From Tetramitus jugosus (lineage: Eukaryota > Protista > Heterolobosea): a stretch of 64,000 nt of DNA. The stretch's first letter is position 1. Every line of letters begins with the position of its first letter. Below the pieces are notes generated by a model. That model made no database searches and had not been told where the DNA came from. It saw only the letters and a program-made list of their open reading frames with translations. This document shows positions 9,908 through 21,900 of this stretch, in pieces. Location: positions 62,001 to 126,000 of the forward strand of contig OW569355.1 of the NCBI GenBank assembly GCA_937625935.1, given 5' to 3'. The position numbers and the translations under genes were made by a program.

Positions 9908-11989
9908 TCACGCGAACTTGTGCCACCAAGGATGGTCCATGATTTGTGCAATGGTCAACCGTTGCACTGGATCAGGGTTCAACATCTTGCACAAAAAGTC
10001 CTTGACTTCTTGACTCAATTCCTCTTCTTCTTCCAACGGAATCGTGAATTGGCCCATTAATGTTCTCTGTGCATTCCGGAACGGCAAATAACCAGTGAGC
10101 ATCTTGTACAAGATACATCCAGAAGCCCACAAGTCAACTTCAGGGCCCTTGTACCGTTTCTCCAGTAACATCTCTGGCGGAGAATAGTTTACATTACCTG
10201 CAAATAGCGTGTGTTTGAACTCTGTGGGAGAAAAGTAGTCCGCGAGTCCAAAATCCACAATCTTGATCACATCATTATCAGTGCGACAAATGTTGGCCAA
10301 TTGTAGGTCTCTGTGCATGATGTGATGTCTCTCGTGCAGATACTGCAACGCACTAATGATCTGACAAAAATAGTTATGTGCTTGACGTTCAGGAAACTGC
10401 TCATGTTCGTCAAACGTATTCTCCAGTGATCCACCAGAGCAATACTCGAGCACAATGTGCAAATAATCACCGTGTCGCACCGTGTTGAACCACCGAACAA
10501 TGTTCTCATGTGCATCTGGTGCCTCTGACAATTGCTGCATGATTTGAAGCTCTCTCTGTACAAATGACTCAATGCCCATGCTTCTCACCTGTTTCATGTC
10601 CATTTCCTTGACAGCTACTTTGCGTCCAGTGTTTCGATCATAGGCCAAGCGCACCTTTCCAAATGATCCCTCACCCAAGTAGCCTTCAACGACATAGCGA
10701 TCACCAATCACTTCAACACACCTGTAAATTTGACCAAGCTTCAAATTGGCAGTTCGCAACGCTTGTTCAAACTCATCAATACTCTTGCACGTGCAGTTGG
10801 TAGGAGTAGATGAAGAGGCCACGTGACGATGATAGGGAGTACACTTTCCGCAACGATATTGGTCCGCATAGGCCTTATCAACGGCACCACCACTGGTTGA
10901 AGAGGGAGTATCTTGTATCGCCGCCCGCGTCGTGTACCGTTGTATGCTACGGTAGTATTTTTCCGACAGGTACCGCACCACACGTTCCGTATACAATTTC
11001 ATGAGCTCATCATTGGCACAAGTGAACTCATCATAGTTGACGAGACAGTGAATTTGGTGGGCCTTGTGACTCTCAAGCAAGCTCTCAATGCTCAACCGAA
11101 TATTTTCCACGTGCTGTTCGCACGCGATAAAAATATGGGAAAAGTCAATCAGGAGACACTGTTGCTCCGAATTGAACTTTATGCGATGATAAATGTTCTC
11201 CATGGTTGGCTCCGTGTGGTGACCAATGCTTGAAAAACCAACGTCATCACTCATTGATCCTCCCACAATTGTCTGACGATCACCACCTCCACTGACAATG
11301 GCCTTGTCTTCATCGTTCAACGTGCTAGGAACAGTGGTGGTGGACATTGTTGTTGTAGTCATTGTTGTCGTTGTACTACTCGTTGTCGTCACAGGACTTG
11401 CAACAATGGATGAAACAACAATAGTGTCATGATCATCATTATCACCACCACTAATCATCATACTCACATCATCATCATCATCATCCTCATTACCATCAAT
11501 CACACCAAGATGAAGATTGTTTGTCGTTGTTGTTGTTACAACAGGTGACAAGTTGGTACAGGCAGGCAAGGGAGCTGCTGCAGCAGCAGAGCTCATCAAG
11601 TACGATGATGAAGAGCTTTCATCTGTTGTTGTTGTGGCCCAAGTTGTCGTTGTCGTCGTTGTTGTCGTAGTTGTCGTAGTAGTGGTCATGGTCTTTGACA
11701 AAGTGGTTGATGATGATGATGAAGAGGAGGAAGAAGAAGATGATGTTGTCCTTTGAAAGGTTGGTGTAGTGGGTGAAGCACTGCTGTGTGGAGTAAAGAA
11801 GCGATTATTACTACCAGAAGGAGCGATCACAGTGGAGAGAATGGGAGTCGGAGAATTAGGTTCGTTATGATTGTTGTGGTTGGCAATGGTGATAGCAGTG
11901 CTCTGAGTATTGTTATTGTTATTATTAGTAGAGCGGTGAGGATGGAGGAACAAGTTTAATTGTTGTTGTTGAGTTGCAACTACAGTCAT
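9908..11989 (-). CDS. Ser/Thr protein kinase (CAMK/SNF1-like group) with low-complexity N-terminus and an extra globular domain
   Basis: LGEGSFGKV, VAVK, HRDLQLAN, DFGLA, YSPPE, YKGPEVDLWASG. Confidence 0.9.
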   Translation of the reverse strand: MTVVATQQQQLNLFLHPHRSTNNNNNNTQSTAITIANHNNHNEPNSPTPILSTVIAPSGSNNRFFTPHSSASPTTPTFQRTTSSSSSSSSSSSSTTLSKTMTTTTTTTTTTTTTTTWATTTTDESSSSSYLMSSAAAAAPLPACTNLSPVVTTTTTNNLHLGVIDGNEDDDDDDVSMMISGGDNDDHDTIVVSSIVASPVTTTSSTTTTMTTTTMSTTTVPSTLNDEDKAIVSGGGDRQTIVGGSMSDDVGFSSIGHHTEPTMENIYHRIKFNSEQQCLLIDFSHIFIACEQHVENIRLSIESLLESHKAHQIHCLVNYDEFTCANDELMKLYTERVVRYLSEKYYRSIQRYTTRAAIQDTPSSTSGGAVDKAYADQYRCGKCTPYHRHVASSSTPTNCTCKSIDEFEQALRTANLKLGQIYRCVEVIGDRYVVEGYLGEGSFGKVRLAYDRNTGRKVAVKEMDMKQVRSMGIESFVQRELQIMQQLSEAPDAHENIVRWFNTVRHGDYLHIVLEYCSGGSLENTFDEHEQFPERQAHNYFCQIISALQYLHERHHIMHRDLQLANICRTDNDVIKIVDFGLADYFSPTEFKHTLFAGNVNYSPPEMLLEKRYKGPEVDLWASGCILYKMLTGYLPFRNAQRTLMGQFTIPLEEEEELSQEVKDFLCKMLNPDPVQRLTIAQIMDHPWWHKFA

Positions 11990-12497
11990 TATATTTCAAA
12001 ACAGGTGCTGTTGAGATTGATTAGAATAATAATAAATAGAAGTGGTGAGAGAGAGAAATGATCAATGGTTGTTTGTGGTGGTTTTCAACAGTTCGTAGTT
12101 GTAGTGGAATGAGAAGAGACTACAACTATGTAAAACAGCAGCAGCAGCAACAGCAGCAAGAAAGGTGGGAGACTGGTGTGATGGTTTTGATGTGCGCTTG
12201 TTGCGTGTTGTGCTGTGTGGGAAGGATTACGGGCTGTTTTCTGATTTTTGCTCGGGTTCTGGAAAAAAAGTTTGGGACTTTCTTTGGTGCGCAAATAGAT
12301 CGATTGAATTTGTCCTTTGTTACGTTGTGACTTTTGTTATGGTGAAATTCACAGCTTGGAATCGTAGATGTGAATTTTGATTGGAATTGATTAGAATCTA
12401 AACGTTGGAGATTGACTGATTTTTCTCCCGCTATCACGGAAGAATAGCCAACTACGAGACAGAATTCAAGTTTGAATACAAAACAACCAATCGAAAA

Positions 12498-13670
12498 ATG
12501 AACTGCAAGACTTGGATAGACAGTATTGAAAAATATTCTTTTTCAAAACATACTTTCTCTATGGGAGAAATTGATGCAATGAGACACTTTTTACTCCAAG
12601 TCACACAAGTTCTTCATCAAGCCAATGCTCATCCTAGCTCAGTCACATGTGAATGGACAATAGAAGTTCTTGATTTCATACAAAATTTGGCCTCTCATTC
12701 TGATAGAAAGTATTCTATTGTTTTTACAGATTTCTCAAAGGAATTGATGCAATTGTCATCTGCGTTCAGTCAGTTTAGCCATAGTCACGTGTAAGTTTCG
12801 CCATTCGTTCTGCTGTTTTCTAACTGTGTGCTAAAACTATCGTTGGTCGAATTAGGGAGTCAAATGAAGGCTCGCAATGGGACTTGAGTTTTCTAGCTTT
12901 GCGATTGGACTCTTGCTTGCTCTCCGTCTCCTGTAACTTGGACTTGAAAGCTATGGCGCAAAGGTGGCACCATGCAATGATACAAGCTGATGTACAGGGA
13001 AAGGAATCAATTATTCAAGAACTGATTCAATCAATGGTAATGAACAAGAGTAGTTCAAACGACAAGAAGAATGAAACAATGAACTCACAATCATTATTAG
13101 GATGCAAGAGAAGAGCTACATTGTTGAAACTCATTACGAACCAATCTGTAAAGTCCATGTTGCGTCTGGAGAGTATCTTGTCCGTGATACTACGCTTTAT
13201 CACAATAGAAGGAGTAAAAACAAGACCGAAGAATATGATTATGATCATCCAGGCATTTCTACTTGGATTCAAGGAAGAACAGAAAGAAACAAGGCTCGAT
13301 TGTGAACGAAAGATTTTTTGGAGATCAACCATGGCTCTATTGATCAACAATAACGACCTTGGAAAGCCAAAAGAAGGAAACTCGAGTTCGTTGTTCTTCT
13401 ATGTCTAACAATTGTGTGGTATGATGGGTTCTCAGGAGTCAACCCAGCTCATAGATGAAAGTATGTGATATGTGACACAGTTTCAAACATGGCTTATCAT
13501 TTTTTAAACTCAACTACTCACGAATGAGCAGTTATAATTCTCATAAAGTCAGGCAGAGTACAGGGACGAGATGCAAGAACTTGGCTCATACTGATTATCG
13601 ACGAACTCAAGAAAAACTTGGAGGCCTCACCTTATGATATGATTATTTCTCAAGTTTTTGATGCAAAGTA
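12498..13670 (+). CDS. Hypothetical multi-exon protein
   Basis: Intron 12791-12855 (GTAAGT..CTAAC..TAG) joins ORFs 12498 and 12884 in frame. Downstream exon structure and end are uncertain. No recognisable motif. Confidence 0.5.
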
Positions 13671-14263
13671 GTACGATCACAAAGTCCATTCCTCAACATA
13701 TCAAAGTTCGCTTCTGTTGATGGGTAGCGAGGTTCCACTCTATTCGTAAAAGGAGCCATAATTGTTCATACAATAAACCTCTGTACATCAAGAGCTATAA
13801 TGCGGGGCTGAACTCTGGAGAAGGATATGTAAATATCAGATCAGTAGAAGTAAGAGATGGAGGAAAACTTTGTCTGTGGCACAAAGGGATGGTTTTTCTC
13901 CACTGCACATAGAGCACAATAATGAATTGTAAACTTACTCATCTACACTGACGTATCAAACCTTCTCCATCACAAAACTAGACCCACGTATTAGAGTCAA
14001 ACATGACTACTCACATCATGACAAAACCAACAGCCAGAATGACCTCATCAGGTCAATAATAACGGAACATGAAGTCATTCAAATGGAATAGTTCAACCAT
14101 CAGAAGTAAATTAAAAGAAAAACTTGGAAACTTCTCCAACGTACATGGTTGTTCACATATTTTTTGTTCAAGACCACCTTCGCCACATCCATACAACAAC
14201 ACAAAGCGCGCCAAAACAAAAAAAACGCATTTTCTCGTGTCAGGGAGACAACAAGAAAACCTT

Positions 14264-14271
14264 TTTCGCGC
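14264..14271 (+). promoter_or_regulatory. E2F-like site TTTCGCGC upstream of EPC
   Basis: Exact TTTSSCGC match in an AT-rich intergenic region. Confidence 0.4.
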
Positions 14272-14497
14272 CAAACTTACCAGTAATCAAAAACATTGTG
14301 TTTTTGTGTGATCTACATGATAGATACAATATTTCTTTAGAATACCCAAACAGGCCATCCTCACTGAGCAGACACAAACAAACACACATAAAATATATAT
14401 ATATTTAAAACGATATATCACAGAATAACAATAACCATCATCATATCATCAATCACACATTTGAATTTTTAACAATCAATCAATCAACAATATACAT

Positions 14498-16635
14498 ATG
14501 CACGACAGTCAACAATCAAGTAGTGCAGCAACAGCGAGTTCTGGTCGCAGAATGAACTTTCGACAACGAAAAATCGATGTGGATCGTCCATTGCCCATCA
14601 TCTTTCTCAAAACTGAGAATGATGAACAAGAGTTGGAAGAAATGAACTTGGTCGCATCAGATTCATCCACTAGTAAAAGCATGAAACGCAACAGTAGCAC
14701 CACTAGTGGTGGTAGTGGTAGTGGTACGACCGATGAAGGAGAAAAAATGATGAATGTTCCGATACAGGACATGGAAGAATTGAATAGAGTGATTCCGATT
14801 CCACCTGTAATCATGAAAGAGAACATGGATTATGTCAATGTTCATCATTTTGATCAACCGAGATTTTATATTCGTTATTTGGGAAGGAGTTTTGATGAGG
14901 AGAACACTGTGGTGGAATATGATTTGGACACGGATGATTTTGAGTTTATAGAACGGACGAATGCACGATTTCAACAACAACAACAACAACAGCAACAACA
15001 AGAAGAATTGACTCAAAATAACAAGAACAACAATAGTACTACTACTGAAGAGTTGGATAACGAAGATAATGACTCGAATCATTCAACAGAGCACACTCAT
15101 CATCATCAGAATGGTCATCATGACACAAACAACAAACACAATAATCATAACGACAATCATGCAATGAACAATGCAAGTCTAATAAGGAATCATTATCGAA
15201 AGAATGGAAGGCGAATTCATTCCAACGCACGTCAATCAATGAATCGTACGCTCCCAACGCACGTCGATATGACACTATCAGAGGATACATTGGAAGTGTG
15301 CATTGATCGATTCGAGAAAACAACTGGTTTCAATAAGACACTATGTTCCATTTCAGATACAATCAAGCATTATCCTTCCCTATCAAAAGTAGCACCAAAG
15401 TTACTGCATTATATTTATTCGTATTGGAAGGAGAAGCGATTGAAGCGAGTGTTTAAACAGGATGGAGGTCTTTATAAGACATGTGGTAAGCCACTGTTGG
15501 AAGAATATGCGGTATGTATCTCTATCTATGTGTGTCTGCATGTGCACATGTGCAGTTGAAGCATCGACACACTCACAATATATATGTCTATCTTACGATT
15601 ATAATGGTGTAGTTGCAACCGGATATGGACGATACGAATCCAGCACTTGCTTTTCGACCTAGAGAACGTGCTCCAAAGAAACAGAGAAAAAACGATCTAG
15701 ATGCCTATCAACGACTACAGCAGCTTCGTGGTGATTTCGTTAGGTTACGACAACTGATGCAAGATATGCATCACCGAGAAACTCTGAAGCATAACTATTG
15801 TAAAATAACGAGACAAATTCTGTTGAAGAATCTATGCGGCGATGAACGAGAATCATCTGTAATATCACCTAACAACGAGGCAGAAGCGAACAATGAAGAG
15901 AACCAGAGTATGAAGCAAATTGCCGTGGCAGTACAGACCGAAACAAATAAAACGAAGAACAAGCGGAAAGCCAATCGACCAGATGGAGAGGAACAGTCTC
16001 GGAAGAGAGTGAAACGATACAAAGAAGAAAAAGTGAAGGAGATCAATTTATTAGAGTTGGTGAAGGCCAAACCCACGATTCAAACACCAGTTTTCTCTTT
16101 CCTGGTCAGTATGAGAAAAACTGGTGGTTTTGAGGGTGATGAAATTATTGACTCATTGACTGATGATTTACGAGAGACTCCAAAGTGTTATCTAGGAAGA
16201 GGAGGAAGAATTATATTCGAACAACCTAGTGTCAATAATGAAGCGACAACAACCCCTCAGTCAAGACTGGAGAGTGTGCTTCTGCAGCAAGAGAAAGTGC
16301 AATACCGGAAGTTGGCAGTCTCGAATCAAAAGAGAGAAATGCACAAATTTGCACGTGAGGATGACTTTGGATTTGAGGATCCGGATGAAGAGGATGACGA
16401 TGACGATCCAGGTGAAGTGGTGACTAATATTGCTGCTCATTCTCGCAGTACAGCGCTCATTCCCTCCTTCCATCACACTCTATCAATAGTCAGTCCAGCA
16501 TCTGATTCGATCTCAACCTCGACTCATCATCCATCCATTATCGATCTATCCACCTTACACTCAAGTGACAACAAGCAACCACAAAAGCCATCAGATGTTC
16601 CAGTTGTTGCATCCTCTCGAATCGGTGTGACCTAA
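14498..16635 (+). CDS. EPC1: Enhancer of polycomb-like protein (NuA4 subunit Epl1/EPC; intron 15512-15612)
   Basis: FRQRKIDVDRPLPI, IPIPPV, EYDLDTDD, IYSYWKEKR, NPALAFRPRE. A phase-0 GTATGT..TAG intron joins ORFs 14498 and 15613. Confidence 0.88.
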
Positions 16636-16801
16636 CTGTATCATCTTTGGTTCGAACTGGGAACAACAGTAACAGAATCGAATAGTTACAACTTCGAGTT
16701 TCATAGATCAACCTCTGTGAATGAATCATCTGTTTCAGTACTTGCAATAAATCATTCTTTAGCTGAGAACGAACTATCACAAACTGCGTAACGGTCATGG
16801 G

Positions 16802-16850
16802 TTTCGCGCTCAAAATGAATCGTTGCGCTTCAAACTTCTTTGGCGCCAAA
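16802..16850. promoter_or_regulatory. Paired E2F-like sites upstream of kinesin-7
   Basis: TTTCGCGC at 16802-16809 and palindromic TTTGGCGCCAAA at 16839-16850. Confidence 0.5.
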
Positions 16851-16889
16851 AGAAAAACCAAAGAATAGTATTTATCGACAGAGGGTCAA

Positions 16890-18998
16890 ATGGATTCTCC
16901 AACAGCAGCACACAGCAAGAACAACATGTCTTCCTCACTTGCCCCACCTCTGGCCGTGTGTCAAACGAACAAGCCAACCTCTAGGCATGCCAGTAGCTAT
17001 GATAAAATCTCTGTCTGTATCCGTATTCGTCCCTTAAACGAACGAGAAAGCAAGCTGGGCTCTCCTGCTGTCTGGGGAACATCTCATAACTCACTTTATC
17101 AGTGTAATTCAAAGACTGGAGCACCTATTCCCGGCTCTACAGTGTACTCTTTTGATCACGTGTATGACTCCGCGTCCACGACAAGCCTAGTGTACGAACA
17201 AGTGGCGCAACGCATTGTACAGAGTGTTGTCCAAGGTTACAATGGTACAATTTTTGCCTATGGTCAGACATCCAGTGGAAAAACCTTTACAATGAAGGGA
17301 ACAGAAGAGGAAACTGGTATCATACCTCAATCGGTGTATGAAGTGTTTGATACAATTATGAGAACACAGGACAGAGAGTTTTTAATTCGAGTGTCCTACT
17401 TGGAGATTTATAATGAAGTGATTATGGATCTGTTGGATCCCGAGAGTAAAAACCTAAAGATTCATGAAGACCTGCACAGAGGCATCTTTGTGGGAGGTCT
17501 AAAGGAACAGAGTGTCACATCTCCAGACGAGATTTTAGAATTGATGGCCAATGGTGAGCGCCACAGACATGTCGGCTCTACAAACATGAATGAGAGAAGT
17601 TCTCGTTCTCATACGATATTCCGGTTGATTATCGAATCGAGAGTGAGAATGAATAGCAACGATGATGATTCTTGTGAGGCACAAGCTGTGAGAGTAGCCA
17701 CTTTAAATCTTGTGGATTTGGCTGGATCGGAGCGTGTGCAACACACTGGATCAGAAGGTCAGCGATTAGTTGAAGGTGGTCACATCAATAAGAGCTTGCT
17801 TACATTAGGAACTGTGATTGGAAAGTTGAGTGAAGGAGGGGTTCATATACCGTACAGAGACAGTAAATTAACGCGTATCTTGCAACCTGCTCTTGGTGGT
17901 AATTCCCGAACAGCAATCATATGCACAATCACTCCAGCTGCTGCACATGCCGAGGAGAGTTTGTCAACATTGAAATTTGCTGGTAGAGCCAAGAGTATTA
18001 CGAATGAAGCTCACATTAATGAAATCATTCGAGATCAAAATTTGATGCAAAAACACAAGAAAGAAGCCGCTGAATGGAAGGCCAAGTATGAAACACAATT
18101 CGAAGTCTGCGAGCAATTAACACAGCAAAATAGCAGTTTAAAGACTTTGATGGCAACATCGGAGGCTCACTCCTTTGAACTTCAACAAAAGATTGAACAA
18201 AAGACCAAGATAGCTACTGAACTAACAGAACAGGTAAAGCGCTATGAACAAGAGTTGTTTCAAGTTAAGGAGCAACTACGGATTAAATCGGAACAATATG
18301 AGAAGGATCTCAATCAAGCAAAGGAATTCCAGAATCAAGAGCTAAAACAAAGTAAGGAGACCCAAGAACAAGTTGAAAAGTTAAATGAACAAATACAGAG
18401 CCTAACCAATCAATTACAAGAACAAGATACTGCTCATCAAGAACAACTATCATCTCTAAAAACCAAATATGATGATATGCTGTTGAGAGAGCGAGCAAAC
18501 TTTGATAGTATGTCTCGGGAACAATTACAAAAGTGTCTAGAATTGGAAGAACAAATTGAGAGAACGCAAACACTCTCATCTGAGCACTCGGAGCAGGCTA
18601 CTTTGATTGCTGAGGAGTTACAAAAGCAAGCCGAGGAGTTTGAATCAGAAAAGATGGAATTAATTGAACAGTTCGAGTTAGATAGAAATGACATGGTGCA
18701 ACAGTTTCTAGAGTCTGAGAAAGAATTGCAATCACGAATAGATGAACTTGAACAAGAGAAGAGTGAATTCGTTGTGGACAATACAGGCACTTATGAGAAG
18801 GTAAACACTCTTCAGAGGCAAATTATTGCTCTAAAAACCGAGAACCAAGAACTGCGGACAAAGATGCAGAAGAGAAAACGTGTGTCCAAAAAGAATGTAG
18901 ATAATGTGAGTTCAAAGAGAGTGTGTCTCGGTGCTTTACAAGAAAATGTTATAAACAATGAGAGCAACAAGGAGAATGCCCTTGTAGCGCCACATTAA
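16890..18998 (+). CDS. Kinesin-7 (CENP-E-like) motor with coiled-coil stalk
   Basis: FAYGQTSSGKT, NERSSRSH, LVDLAGSE, HIPYRDSKLTRILQPALGGN; C-terminal coiled coil and KEN box. Confidence 0.92.
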   Translation: MDSPTAAHSKNNMSSSLAPPLAVCQTNKPTSRHASSYDKISVCIRIRPLNERESKLGSPAVWGTSHNSLYQCNSKTGAPIPGSTVYSFDHVYDSASTTSLVYEQVAQRIVQSVVQGYNGTIFAYGQTSSGKTFTMKGTEEETGIIPQSVYEVFDTIMRTQDREFLIRVSYLEIYNEVIMDLLDPESKNLKIHEDLHRGIFVGGLKEQSVTSPDEILELMANGERHRHVGSTNMNERSSRSHTIFRLIIESRVRMNSNDDDSCEAQAVRVATLNLVDLAGSERVQHTGSEGQRLVEGGHINKSLLTLGTVIGKLSEGGVHIPYRDSKLTRILQPALGGNSRTAIICTITPAAAHAEESLSTLKFAGRAKSITNEAHINEIIRDQNLMQKHKKEAAEWKAKYETQFEVCEQLTQQNSSLKTLMATSEAHSFELQQKIEQKTKIATELTEQVKRYEQELFQVKEQLRIKSEQYEKDLNQAKEFQNQELKQSKETQEQVEKLNEQIQSLTNQLQEQDTAHQEQLSSLKTKYDDMLLRERANFDSMSREQLQKCLELEEQIERTQTLSSEHSEQATLIAEELQKQAEEFESEKMELIEQFELDRNDMVQQFLESEKELQSRIDELEQEKSEFVVDNTGTYEKVNTLQRQIIALKTENQELRTKMQKRKRVSKKNVDNVSSKRVCLGALQENVINNESNKENALVAPH

Positions 18999-21900
18999 TG
19001 CAATGTAACTGCAAGTTCTTCAATTCTTCTGACGATTTCGTCAATGGATGAGATTTCATCATTCTTTGTCAGGTTTCTCACCTCTGCAGCCACTTGTCTT
19101 TGTCGCTCCTTCCTCAGATCCAGGAATGATTCAATCAAGTCACCATCCAAAAAGTTGTTAGCCTTCTCTTTGCGACCAGCAATCTTAAAAGCTCTATAAT
19201 CTTCATGCTTGAAGAAGCCAACTCCCTTCACAACAGTGTTCATCGCTTCTTGAATTTGAAGGAAGTAGTCATATTGTTCCTTTGTCAGGCGAGCAATAAT
19301 GCCAATGGCACCGGATACGGTAGCATAAATGATTGGTTTCAAGATTTCTTCCAGCTTACCGTCTCTTGTCGATTTGGAACCATTGTCCTTCTTACCTGAC
19401 ATATCTACATCATCATTGTCAGAGGTCTTTGCCGCAGTGTTCATAACGAGTGATCCATGATGGAATCTATTAATCAAATCCCCAACATGATATCTACCCA
19501 CAACTTCAAGTGTTCTTCGCTCCTCTTCATTCTCTGATGTGGTATTTCTTCGAACAGTGAAGATGTTGTATTCATTCTCTGCTCCTATAGTTACATCTTG
19601 ATCAACGACTTCTATATCGGACATCCAATAGAAGTTGTTATCTCTCGCAATTTCCTCCATGGTTCCCTCTTGCTGCTTGTAATTGAACACAGTAATGGAT
19701 TTCATCATATCAGCTGAAACGATAAAATCACCAACCGATCGCAAAGAAACAGTAAACACTCTATTCTTTGCTTGATACTCAACACCTAATTCCTTACTGC
19801 CATCATCTGCCTCCGACCACTTGTAGCACTGTATGGTGCCATTCACACCTGCAAGTAATTTGCCCTCATTAAACTCGGATAGAGTATTGACAGCTCCCTT
19901 GGTGTCTCTCTCCGAAATCAAAGTTAATTGCTTTTCTTCAGATTTGATGTCAAACACCAAAATTCTACCTCTCTTTGGTTGTTGTTCCTCTGGAGAAACA
20001 TATGCAGTACCAACGACGAGATATTCCTTCTCATCATCTGCAAATTCAGTGGACAGCAGCGACAGGCCAATCTCTTCCTTTTCCAACGCGAACTCACCAA
20101 TCTTTTCGAACGATGTAGCATCGATCAACAAAATATAGTGAGACTGTTTCTCGATACCACTCTTGACATCATTTGTGAATCGAGTAGCCGAAACAACGAG
20201 ACATTGACTCGATTCATGATAACAAATTCGAAGAGCTTGATCACCCAATTGCATCGTTCTGATGTGAAGCTTCTGAATCTCATCAATCGAACCAATCATC
20301 AAGCTATCCTCTCTTGCAATGGCAAAGCAATTAGGGAAGAACTCTGAATTGAAAGGACACATGAAGTTCACATCCTTCAAATTCACATTCGAATAAAGCA
20401 GCTTTTGATTGTTGCTGTAAATGACAGTAGGTCTATCTGAAGCAGCAAACACATTCTTGATATCGTCCTTGGATGTAAACATTGTTAAACGAATTGGCTT
20501 CGTTCCTAATGACACCTTCTTGCTCTCTGATAACTTTCCACTCTCAACATCGAATCGGAAGCTGAACAAGTGACCATCACCAAGACCACATAGCAAATAA
20601 TTAATTCCTTCGAATGTGGCGAATATGAGCGATCTTGGCAAGACTTCAACTGGGAGAGCATAGGACTGAACTTGTTCCAAATCTGGCAGAGTCAACAGAC
20701 GAATGCTGTAGTCTGTCCACATTCCCACAGCACAGAAGGTAGATCTTGTATTATCACCGAGTGGGTGAATATCCAAGGAGGCAATTTCATGATCCATGAC
20801 AGTTTCCTTGACCTTTACGAGCTTCGAATTTTGAATCTCAAAATAGAAGAGTTTGCCACCTCCCGTGGAAATAATGACTTGAGTTGGACTGATGGATGCA
20901 TGAAGGATCTTGTCCGATGAACACCATTCATCAACTAATTGCAAGCCATCGGTACTGATCAGTCTGATAGAGGCCTCAGTCACTTGAACAAACATCTCAT
21001 TCAGCACATTGTCACAACTCACAGTTTGTTTACCGCTTTCTAGTCCACTGATTTCAACACTTCCCAATTCTTCATCCTGATCAAATCCCAGGGCTGTTGT
21101 TGTGCCGAGGAAGGTCAGGATAATGTATCGATCGAATCCATTGGCTTGAACAGACCAAACACCGTTGATACCCGAAAAATCAATACTTGCAATCTCTTCG
21201 ATACCAATACCATTTCTAATGACTCTCAACGTACTGTTCTGAAAGGCGCCAGAGCATGTTACTATTTGATCTTGTCCCTGCTTCTCCAAATCAACCACAC
21301 AAAAATCAACAATGGATCCCAAATTTGTGTACGTTGAAAAGATTTCAAACATGTTTCCATTGTCATCTTTGGCATCTTGCAACTTGATCAATTGAGAATC
21401 ACCATAAGTCGATCCAATAAACGTATATCCGTTGTCAATGTATGTAATCGAGGAAGAAATACTCGTCGAACCAATCTTTTCAATGTCCAATGAGACAATC
21501 TTGTGCGTCTTGGTGGCATTCAAGCGTAACACATACAATAATCCATCACTATCACCCAATAGATATCTTGTCTGATCAATCTTGCCATACGATCTGAACA
21601 AGGCAGGTGCTTTCAATGGAGACGATATAAAGTTCACACCGTCGTGATACGTAATGGTTGACTCACCCACGATCACTACACCACCCATTGGATTCGACAC
21701 TGGAATGAGAATATTGGCTCCCTTGTCGACATTGGGCTGTTCCCATGGTCCCTTTAGCAAATCCTTGGACTTGATCGATACTTGATATGTTTTGACGTGT
21801 CTGGATCGTTTTGTGTCTTCGTACAGGACAGCCAATACAGATGTCGATGGATCACTGGTCTCCAAGAATTTAATATCGAAAATATCGGTTTCTTCGAATC

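Noticed and set aside
11330-12160. Trinucleotide runs (GTT/GAT/CAG), also near 14970, 22200, 49660 and 54800
   Set aside because: Mostly homopolymeric amino-acid tracts typical of such genomes; no spacer structure, so not CRISPR or satellite.
13680-14200. Possible small gene or ncRNA, including a CTGATGA core on the minus strand near 14045-14051
   Set aside because: No downstream GAAA or stems for a hammerhead, and no convincing ORF or snoRNA box pairing.
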